Assembly (NCBI GenBank): GCA_963578805.1
Contig: CAUZDY010000014.1
Span: 514 to 64,513, forward strand
From: Vicinamibacteria bacterium
Lineage (GTDB): Bacteria > Acidobacteriota > Vicinamibacteria > Vicinamibacterales > UBA8438
Reading direction: 5' to 3'
DNA: 64,000 nucleotides
Shown here: piece by piece, positions 56,556 to 64,000 of the stretch
Layout: each line of letters opens with the position of its first letter
How positions within the stretch are numbered: the stretch's first letter is position 1
Program-made: the position numbers and the translations under genes
Notes under the pieces: generated by a model
Database searches by the model: none
What the model was told of the DNA's origin: nothing
The model's input: the letters and a program-made list of their open reading frames with translations, nothing else

Positions 56556-56903
56556 ATGTCAAAGGATTGTCTGTTCTGCAAGATCGCCAACGGCGACATT
56601 TCGGCTGCAATCGTCTATCAGGATGAACGGCTCGTCGCCTTCAAGGATATCAACCCTCAGGCACCCACTCATATTCTCGTCATCCCACGGTCACATATCG
56701 CCACGCTGAACGAGCTATCGGTCGACCACGACAGCCTGGCTGGCGAAATGGTGAGACGAGCGTCTCTGATCGCGCAAGATCTCGGTCACGCTGAACATGG
56801 CTACCGAACGGTGATCAATTGCAACGCCAACGGGGGGCAAACAGTGTTTCACATTCACCTCCATTTGTTGGCCGGCCGTCCCATGACATGGCCACCAGGG
56901 TAA
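56556..56903 (+). CDS. HIT family nucleotide-binding protein
   Basis: CLFCKI, DINPQAPTH and HIHLH. Confidence 0.95.
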   Translation: MSKDCLFCKIANGDISAAIVYQDERLVAFKDINPQAPTHILVIPRSHIATLNELSVDHDSLAGEMVRRASLIAQDLGHAEHGYRTVINCNANGGQTVFHIHLHLLAGRPMTWPPG

Positions 56904-56914
56904 ACACGTATCGC

Positions 56915-57610
56915 CTAGAGCCCCCGAAGGACCTCGGGCAACTGCGTGAGCGTTTGGATGACACGAACTCCGTCCAGCGCTTCCGACTCGTGCGTTGCTG
57001 AACGCTCAATCAACACCCCTGTCATGCCAACCTGCCGAGCACCACGGATGTCGTGATTCAGGCTGTCACCGACCATGACCGATTCTGTCGGTGTGGCATC
57101 AAGAAGCTTGAGCGCGGCCTCGAAGATGCTGGGGTGCGGCTTCATGTAGCCATGGTCGGATGAGGAGAGCGCCGCGGTGATGTACGACTCCAACTTGAAA
57201 TGGCTCTGAAACGCGGCCAGGCACCGATGCGTGTTCGAGATCAGTCCGATTCGAACGCCTGCCTCGTAAAGCTGCTCCAGGGTAACCTGGACGTCATCGT
57301 AAAGCGAGAAGTGCTGACAGGCAGCCCATTCGTCGTAGATTTCACGCGCGCACGGGTCAATGCCTGGACCGGCGGCTCCCATCTGCTCCAGTACGCGACA
57401 CGCGTACCGAACGAATAGTTCCGGACGGTAGATGTCATCTTGGACCAGGTCGAGTTCAACTGACGCGGACGCGACTGCGGCGGCAAAAGCGGAAGTGTCG
57501 ACCGTTAGGCCATGACGCTCAGCGAACTGACGGTATCCGCCGCCGTCAAAGGTAGGGCCCGGGTAGATGAGCGTGAAGTCGACGTCGAAGAAGACCGCGG
57601 TCGTCGACAC
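56915..57610 (-). CDS. HAD family hydrolase
   Basis: FFDVDFTL, LISN, KPHPSIF and VGDSLNHD. Confidence 0.9.
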   Translation of the reverse strand: MSTTAVFFDVDFTLIYPGPTFDGGGYRQFAERHGLTVDTSAFAAAVASASVELDLVQDDIYRPELFVRYACRVLEQMGAAGPGIDPCAREIYDEWAACQHFSLYDDVQVTLEQLYEAGVRIGLISNTHRCLAAFQSHFKLESYITAALSSSDHGYMKPHPSIFEAALKLLDATPTESVMVGDSLNHDIRGARQVGMTGVLIERSATHESEALDGVRVIQTLTQLPEVLRGL

Positions 57611-57929
57611 TAGTGGAGCATCCTCGTGATTCGTGGAGCGATCTCTGGCCGGGACAATCGTCTCACGACGCCCTCCCGCGTCGCGCCTTGCGAGCCGGAC
57701 GCCACGATCCAACTCAGACAAGGACACTCCACTAGACGTCTAACACGCCCTCGTACGGACCAGCAACCACGACCGCCGCACGACCTGCATCCAGTGTCGA
57801 TTGGGTCACGTCGTTGACCTCTTTTCGGGTAACGTCGTCATCACGCGCCATTATACAAGTGGCCGGAACGAACTTCTCTCCATCGGCGGGCAGTTCAGGC
57901 TTTGCACTACAATGAAGACCGCTCGCACA

Positions 57930-60785
57930 ATGACCGACTGGAAGCACACACTGAACCTGCCGAGGACCGGTTTTCCGATGAAAGCCAGCCTCCCCACAGC
58001 GGAACCCAAGGCGATCGAACGTTGGGAGACGATCGGTCTGTACGAGCGCATCCGGGAGCGTCGGGCCGGTGCCCCGCGTTTTGTGCTGCACGACGGTCCG
58101 CCGTATGCCAACGGGCGGATTCATATCGGAACCGCGCTCAATAAGATCCTCAAAGACTTCATCGTCAAGGCGCGCACGATGGAAGGATTCGACGCGCCTT
58201 ATGTGCCGGGGTGGGACTGTCACGGTCTGCCAATCGAGCTCCAGGTCGACCGTCACCTCGGGAAGAAGAAGCGCGAGCTTAGTGTCGCGAGCTTTCGTCG
58301 TGAGTGCCGAGGGTACGCGGCGAAGTATGTCGGCCTGATGCGTGAGGACTTCAAGCGTTTGGGAATTCTCGGACAATGGGAGGCACCTTATCTTACGATG
58401 AACTTCGGGTACCAGGCGAGTATCGTGCGAGCACTTGGCACGCTCGTCCAGAAGGGCATGGTATACAAGGGCAAGAAACCGGTGCACTGGTGTATCCATT
58501 GCCGGACCGCGCTCGCCGAGGCCGAGGTCGAGTATCAGCCGCACACCTCGCCATCTGTTTTTGTTAAGTTTCCACTCTCTAAGGCCAGCGGGCCAGCCCT
58601 GGCGCACGTTGCACCATCTCTTGCTGGGCAACCCGTCTCAGTCCTGATCTGGACCACGACGCCATGGACGATCCCCTCGAATCTTGCGGTCGCGTTTCAC
58701 CCTGAATTTGACTATGCGGCCTACGAGACTGAGGGGACCATCCTTATCCTGGCCGAGCCGTTGGCCGAGCAAGTTGGCGCAATCGGAGGGCGCACGCTCG
58801 CCTCACCGATCGCAAATTTTAAGGGCCACGAACTTGAGGGGCTACGGTTCCGCCATCCGCTCTACGAGCGCGACTCAGTGGCCGTGCTCGCCGACTACGT
58901 CACGCTCGAGCAGGGGACCGGTGCCGTGCACACAGCTCCGGGCCACGGTGCCGACGACTTCCTAACCGGACAACGGTACAACCTCGACGTCTACGCTCCT
59001 GTCGGCCCGACCGGACGCTTTGCCGACGACGTGGAACGGTTTTCGGGCATGCAGGTCTTCGACGCAAATCCAAAAGTCGAGGAAGCGCTTCTCGACGCAG
59101 GACGCCTGTGGCATCGAGACGACCTTGAGCACGCCTATCCGCACTGTTGGCGCTGCCACCGACCGGTCATCTTTCTGGCGACACCACAATGGTTCATCGC
59201 CATGGACACCGACGCGAATTCTGACGGCGGCCTGCGCCAACAGGCGCTCGAGACCATCACCGACGTCGAATGGTTCCCGCACTGGGGAGAGGAGCGGATC
59301 AGTGGGATGCTCAAGACCCGGCCCGACTGGTGTATTTCGCGACAACGCTCGTGGGGTGTGCCGATTCCGGCGCTGCAGTGTAACGCCTGCCACGAGGCGA
59401 TACTAAATCAGGCGGTGATCGACCGTACGGCCCGCGTCTTCGCAGAGCATGGTGCCGACGCCTGGTACGAACGCGACCTGTCGGAGTTCATCCCGGCCGA
59501 CCTGGTGTGTCCAGCCTGCGGGCGACGCGACTTCGAACGTGAACAGAACATTCTCGACGTCTGGTTTGATTCAGGCACAAGCCTTGAGGCCATTCAGACC
59601 GACAATCCGACACTCGGATGGCCGGCGACTCTCTATCTCGAAGGTTCCGACCAATACCGGGGATGGTTTCAAAGCTCATTGCTTATCGCCGTTGGCACAC
59701 GCGGTCGTGCTCCGTACCAGCAGGTAATCACTCACGGATTCGTCGTAGATGAGTCCGGCCGAAAGATGTCAAAGTCGCTCGGTAACATGATCGAGCCACA
59801 CAGCATCATTCAGCAGAGCGGCGCCGAGATCCTTCGACTGTGGGTGGCCATGGTCGACTACCGGGAAGAGATCAAAATCGGAAAGGAGATCCTCGCCCGC
59901 GTCGTCGAAGCCTACCGAAAAATTCGCAATACCCTACGGATTTTGGCTGCGAACCTGTACGATTTCGACCCCGCGTCAGACCTCGTATCTATTGACCGCC
60001 TTCCCGAAGTCGATCGGTATGCGCTGGCTCGATATGGCGAAGCAACCCAGAAGATTCTCAGCTCGTACACTATCTACGACTTTCAGACGATTTCGCACAC
60101 GATCAACAACCTCCTGACAGTCGATTTAAGCGCCTTCTACGTCGACATCTCGAAAGACCGACTCTACACGTTCTGCGATACCTCTCCCGAGCGACGGTCA
60201 GCACAGACGGCGATCTATCTGATCACCGATGGACTGACGCGACTTCTCGCTCCACTCCTTCCGGTCACGGCCGATGAGTTGTGGCAGCATCTGCCTGGCG
60301 GACGAGATGACAGCGTGCACCTCGCAGAATTTCCGACCGAGACAAAGCAACTCGTCGACCACGACCTACTGCGCCGCTGGTCTCGATTACGAGCGATTCG
60401 GGATGTGGTAAACGTCGACCTTGAAAACCTACGGCAACAAAAGACCGTGGGTACCTCCCTCGAAGCACGCGTGGAACTGCAAGCGTGGGGCACCACGGCA
60501 ACGCTACTCGAGCGGTATCGAGAAGACCTCCCTATGTTGCTGATCACATCGGAGGTTGAGCTGTTGACCGATCCTCAAGTGCCCGGTGAGTTAGATCTAT
60601 CGGACACGGTGGGAACCGTGTGGCGAGAGTCCGATGGCGCACTCCAAGTCACGGTCGGTCGCGTCGATGGGGTGAAGTGCGCACGTTGCTGGCGGTATGT
60701 GCGGTCGGTGTCGACCGACACCGAGGTCGAGGGACTGTGCGAACGTTGCATAGGAGTCCTATCGGAGACTGTCGGTGCACGCTAG
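57930..60785 (+). CDS. ileS: Isoleucine--tRNA ligase (type 1)
   Basis: [35 protein letters not shown] and C-terminal CARCW...CERC. Confidence 0.98.
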   Translation: MTDWKHTLNLPRTGFPMKASLPTAEPKAIERWETIGLYERIRERRAGAPRFVLHDGPPYANGRIHIGTALNKILKDFIVKARTMEGFDAPYVPGWDCHGLPIELQVDRHLGKKKRELSVASFRRECRGYAAKYVGLMREDFKRLGILGQWEAPYLTMNFGYQASIVRALGTLVQKGMVYKGKKPVHWCIHCRTALAEAEVEYQPHTSPSVFVKFPLSKASGPALAHVAPSLAGQPVSVLIWTTTPWTIPSNLAVAFHPEFDYAAYETEGTILILAEPLAEQVGAIGGRTLASPIANFKGHELEGLRFRHPLYERDSVAVLADYVTLEQGTGAVHTAPGHGADDFLTGQRYNLDVYAPVGPTGRFADDVERFSGMQVFDANPKVEEALLDAGRLWHRDDLEHAYPHCWRCHRPVIFLATPQWFIAMDTDANSDGGLRQQALETITDVEWFPHWGEERISGMLKTRPDWCISRQRSWGVPIPALQCNACHEAILNQAVIDRTARVFAEHGADAWYERDLSEFIPADLVCPACGRRDFEREQNILDVWFDSGTSLEAIQTDNPTLGWPATLYLEGSDQYRGWFQSSLLIAVGTRGRAPYQQVITHGFVVDESGRKMSKSLGNMIEPHSIIQQSGAEILRLWVAMVDYREEIKIGKEILARVVEAYRKIRNTLRILAANLYDFDPASDLVSIDRLPEVDRYALARYGEATQKILSSYTIYDFQTISHTINNLLTVDLSAFYVDISKDRLYTFCDTSPERRSAQTAIYLITDGLTRLLAPLLPVTADELWQHLPGGRDDSVHLAEFPTETKQLVDHDLLRRWSRLRAIRDVVNVDLENLRQQKTVGTSLEARVELQAWGTTATLLERYREDLPMLLITSEVELLTDPQVPGELDLSDTVGTVWRESDGALQVTVGRVDGVKCARCWRYVRSVSTDTEVEGLCERCIGVLSETVGAR

Positions 60786-61362
60786 TGACACCGACTCGCC
60801 GGCCTCCGAAGCTGTGAACGAGTCTGCCGAGTCGCTCCGAGTGGCCTCTAGCGGTCCAACCAACCGGTTGACCCGGTCGACGATAATACTGGCATCACTT
60901 GCCGGCGTGGTCGTGACTCTCGACCAAGCCACTAAGGCAGTGGTCCGCGCCACGCTTCCCCTGCACGACAGTGTAGAGTTTATCCCAGGCTTTCTCAGCT
61001 TCACGTATGTGCGTAACACCGGTGCCGCGTTCGGGCTGTTGAACGACGTTAACTTCCCGCTCAAGACAGCCGTGATGACCATGGTCGCCCTGACAGCGTT
61101 AGTTGCCATCGGCGTATACGCGGCGAAGACGGCTATCCCGCAACGAGCCACCCGGCTCGGTCTCGCTCTTGTTATCGGCGGCGCCGCAGGCAATCTCATC
61201 GACCGAATCATGTTCGGCTACGTAGTCGATTTCGTCGATGTATATTGGCACGGATGGCATTTTTGGGCGTTTAATGTGGCCGACGCGGCCATCACGATTG
61301 GCGCGTCGTTGCTCATCCTCGACATGATTTGGATGGACCGGTATGTTTCCAAAACTGTTTGA
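60775..61362 (+). CDS. lspA: Signal peptidase II
   Basis: LDQATK, NTGAAFG, GNLIDR, VVDF and FNVAD. Confidence 0.96.
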   Translation: MHASDTDSPASEAVNESAESLRVASSGPTNRLTRSTIILASLAGVVVTLDQATKAVVRATLPLHDSVEFIPGFLSFTYVRNTGAAFGLLNDVNFPLKTAVMTMVALTALVAIGVYAAKTAIPQRATRLGLALVIGGAAGNLIDRIMFGYVVDFVDVYWHGWHFWAFNVADAAITIGASLLILDMIWMDRYVSKTV

Positions 61363-62155
61363 TCTCGGTCCGATTAGCATCTACACCTACGGTGTGCTGC
61401 TCGCGTCAGCCTATCTGACAGGGCTGTGGTATGCGACGGTGCGAGCAGGGGCGCGGGGGCTTGACCGCGACCGCATCATGGACCTTGGCATCTACATCAT
61501 CATCGGCGCGCTGGTCGGCGCCAAGCTCCTTCTGATCATCGTGGAGTTCGATCATTACCGACAGAATCCTGCCGAGATTGTGACGATTCTTCGCTCAGGC
61601 GGCGTGTTCTACGGCGGCTTGATCGCATCCGTCTGTGTTGCCTTTTGGTACATCCGCCGCCACCGTCTTCCCATCTGGACGACCTGTGACGCGTTCGCCC
61701 CAGGCATCGTGCTCGGGCAGGTGATCGGCCGGCTCGGCTGTCTCATGGCAGGATGCTGCTACGGTAAGCCGACCGACTTACCGTGGGCTATCACCTTCAC
61801 TGATCCACTGGCAGCGACAAACGTCGGGACGCCTCTCGACGTGAGCCTTCATCCCACGCAGCTCTATGAATCCGGTGCAGCAATCCTAATTCTGGGAGCG
61901 TTATTGCTGACCGAGCGCGGGGGGAAAAGATTGGCAGGCCGAACTTTTTGGACCTACTTGCTTCTCTACCCAACGGCACGATTCATCATCGAGTTCTACC
62001 GAGGGGACCCTCGGGGGGCCGTGTTCGATCTCTTATCGACATCACAGTTCGTATCGCTGCTGCTCATCCCGACCAGTATCGCGATGCTAATCGTGCTCAG
62101 CCGGTCCGGAACCCCGGGGCCGACTCAAACGGAAGCGCACGAGCGGGCGGCCTAG
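61343..62155 (+). CDS. lgt: Prolipoprotein diacylglyceryl transferase
   Basis: YTYG, GGVFYGG, IGRLGC, HPTQLYE and RFIIEFYR. Confidence 0.96.
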   Translation: MFPKLFDLGPISIYTYGVLLASAYLTGLWYATVRAGARGLDRDRIMDLGIYIIIGALVGAKLLLIIVEFDHYRQNPAEIVTILRSGGVFYGGLIASVCVAFWYIRRHRLPIWTTCDAFAPGIVLGQVIGRLGCLMAGCCYGKPTDLPWAITFTDPLAATNVGTPLDVSLHPTQLYESGAAILILGALLLTERGGKRLAGRTFWTYLLLYPTARFIIEFYRGDPRGAVFDLLSTSQFVSLLLIPTSIAMLIVLSRSGTPGPTQTEAHERAA

Positions 62156-62269
62156 CAGTCCCGTCATGAAGGTCCCGTGTGCCGCCGAAGCCGGCGAGAC
62201 GCGTAGTTGGAAAGGCACGACGAGAACTCCGTATCCGGATAGGAATATGGAGAGCCAATTACCGCTCTG

Positions 62270-63289
62270 GTGCCGCGCGAAGAGACACTCATGACGGTCT
62301 CTTCAGACGATGCTGCCATCGTGGTCCACGTGCACGTCACAGGTGAGTTTTCCGGCCAGAGGCTCGATCACGTCCTCGTCGCGCAGATCCCGGACCACAC
62401 ACGCTCGCAGCTCCAGCGCCTGATCAAACGGGACATGGCCCACATCGGCGGCAAGGTTGGTCGCGCCAGCACCGTGTGCCGTGACGGCGACCTCATTACG
62501 CTGAAGATCCCTCCCCTGGAACCGGCCATACCGCAACCCGAAGCCCTTCCGGTAACGATCGTCTATGACGATGCCGACCTCGCGATCGTCGATAAGCCGG
62601 CGGGCATGGTCGTGCATCCAGCCGCCGGTCACAGCCAGGGAACGCTCGTCAACGCACTCCTTCATCATGTCAAGGACCTGAGTGGAGTAGGCGGTGAGCG
62701 CCGACCCGGTATTGTTCATCGATTGGACCGCGGAACATCAGGATTAATGGTCGTCGCCAAGCACGATCGCTCGCACGCCGAGCTCGCCCGTCAGTTTCAG
62801 GATCGCGAAGTGGACAAACGCTACGTTGCCCTCGTCTGGGGGGATGTGCAGGTGGGCCGACGTATCGACCTCCCGCTAGGCCGTGATCCTGTGGAAAGAA
62901 AGAAGATCTCAACCCGCTCCAGACGAGCCCGCGAAGCGGTGACGCGCGTGACATCCGCAGAGCATCTCCAGGGTGTGTCTCTGATCGAGGTGATAATTGC
63001 GACTGGTCGAACCCACCAAATCCGCGTCCATCTCAACGCAATCGGCCACGCTGTGGTTGGTGACACAGTCTATGGCGGTACGCATCGGCATCCGCCACCG
63101 CACCTTTGCGCGGTGCAGCGTCTGGAACGGCCATTCCTGCATGCAGCGTATCTGTCCTTCCGACATCCATCGGACGGGCGTGTCGTGGCCTTCAACGCTG
63201 CGTTACCGACAGATTTACAGAACGTACTGGACGAGCTGCAAGCGGCCAGTAAGACCCGCGGTGCCAAACTGGGCCACCAGAGCTCGTAA
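62270..63289 (+). CDS. rluD: RluA-family pseudouridine synthase (RluD-like, with S4 domain)
   Basis: QRLDHVL, VDKPAGMVVHP, VHRLDRGTSG and TGRTHQIRVH. Confidence 0.9.
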   Translation: MPREETLMTVSSDDAAIVVHVHVTGEFSGQRLDHVLVAQIPDHTRSQLQRLIKRDMAHIGGKVGRASTVCRDGDLITLKIPPLEPAIPQPEALPVTIVYDDADLAIVDKPAGMVVHPAAGHSQGTLVNALLHHVKDLSGVGGERRPGIVHRLDRGTSGLMVVAKHDRSHAELARQFQDREVDKRYVALVWGDVQVGRRIDLPLGRDPVERKKISTRSRRAREAVTRVTSAEHLQGVSLIEVIIATGRTHQIRVHLNAIGHAVVGDTVYGGTHRHPPPHLCAVQRLERPFLHAAYLSFRHPSDGRVVAFNAALPTDLQNVLDELQAASKTRGAKLGHQSS

Positions 63290-63313
63290 GCTCAAACCGT
63301 CAGGAGACCCTCG

Positions 63314-63856
63314 ATGTCAGAACGTTCGGCAATCGTACTCAGGACACAGACTGTCCACGCGGGTAGAGTCTTCGCCTCTACCCGCGATCGGATACGGCTA
63401 CCGGATGGGCGAGAGACCACGATGGATGTCGTCAGACACCCGCCCTCGGTCATACTGCTTCCTATGCCCGACAGTGCCCATATCGTGCTGGTTCGACAGT
63501 ATCGCTACGCCATCGACCGCTGGATCTGGGAATTACCCGCGGGAAACGTCGAGCCGGGTGAAGATATTGAGACGGCAGCGCGGCGTGAGTGCCACGAGGA
63601 AATCGGTCGGGTACCAGACCGTATTGAGCGGCTCGCAGAACTCTATCCGACACCTGGCTATTCTGATGAGGTGATGGTTTTTTTTCGCCTCGTCGGACTT
63701 TCGATACCCGTCGAGCCAGCGCGCCTCGACGAGGACGAGATCCTCGAACCGCAGCTGTTCACGTTGGCCGACGTCCGGACACGCATCGAGCGAGGTGAAA
63801 TTCGAGATATGAAGACGGCACTCGGCATTAGGATGCTACCCACCCCTGACTCCTGA
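63314..63856 (+). CDS. NUDIX hydrolase (ADP-ribose pyrophosphatase-like)
   Basis: VRQYRY...ELPAGNVEPGEDIETAARRECHEEIG...PTPGYSDE...DMKT. Confidence 0.92.
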   Translation: MSERSAIVLRTQTVHAGRVFASTRDRIRLPDGRETTMDVVRHPPSVILLPMPDSAHIVLVRQYRYAIDRWIWELPAGNVEPGEDIETAARRECHEEIGRVPDRIERLAELYPTPGYSDEVMVFFRLVGLSIPVEPARLDEDEILEPQLFTLADVRTRIERGEIRDMKTALGIRMLPTPDS

Positions 63857-63876
63857 CTCTTATACGTGGTGTGGAG

Positions 63877-64000
63877 TCACTGCACCGTTCCATGCACCTG
63901 CGAACCATCACGCGGCGCCTCGTCGGGAGGCTGGGTGCCTGGCACGGGGAGGAGGGCAAGCTGCAGCGCCTCATCAATCGTCGAGATATAATGGACGTTG
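63877..64000 (-). CDS. lon: C-terminus of Lon protease (partial)
   Basis: The minus frame reads NVHYISTIDEALQLAL...*, resembling the Lon C-terminal strand-helix; only 41 codons are visible. Confidence 0.6.
   Translation of the reverse strand, partial: NVHYISTIDEALQLALLPVPGTQPPDEAPRDGSQVHGTVQ

Noticed and set aside
57732-57850. Possible M16 peptidase C-terminal remnant ([27 protein letters not shown])
   Set aside because: Resemblance is by memory only over ~35 residues and overlaps promoter-like sequence; it needs a profile search.
1-64000. CRISPR array, rRNA, intact IS or prophage
   Set aside because: No regularly spaced repeats, rRNA-like tracts, transposase or phage structural motifs were seen.

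Overview
64 kb of GC-rich bacterial core chromosome, most likely from an Acidobacteriota member (Vicinamibacteria-like; inferred from gene families, not a database search). Housekeeping genes: HU, queF, E. coli-type frdABCD, thiO, thiD, a Na/Pi cotransporter with phoU, a TPAT-type TRAP system, CCA enzyme, an Aas-like acyl ligase/ACP/acyltransferase, Mrp, addAB, asparaginase, mocA, moaED, fdhE, erpA, prfA-prmC, ileS-lspA-lgt-rluD-nudix and the end of lon. RNA genes: tRNA-Ala(GGC), tRNA-Sec(UCA) and a probable 6S-like ncRNA followed by a decayed P4-type integrase. At least six loci are decayed. The best leads are: (1) a Fur-rubrerythrin fusion regulator in a tight operon behind erpA, with a perfect palindrome in the promoter; (2) a tandem ~55-nt structured repeat that covers the ribosome-binding site of the Na/Pi transporter-phoU operon (candidate tandem riboswitch); (3) an integrase remnant at the 3' end of a non-tRNA structured RNA; (4) a BRCT-HTH-TPR protein; (5) MoaD with a C-terminal extension past Gly-Gly; (6) recurrent leaderless promoter architecture; (7) several small Cys-motif proteins. 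No CRISPR array or rRNA was seen. All calls were made by eye from motifs.
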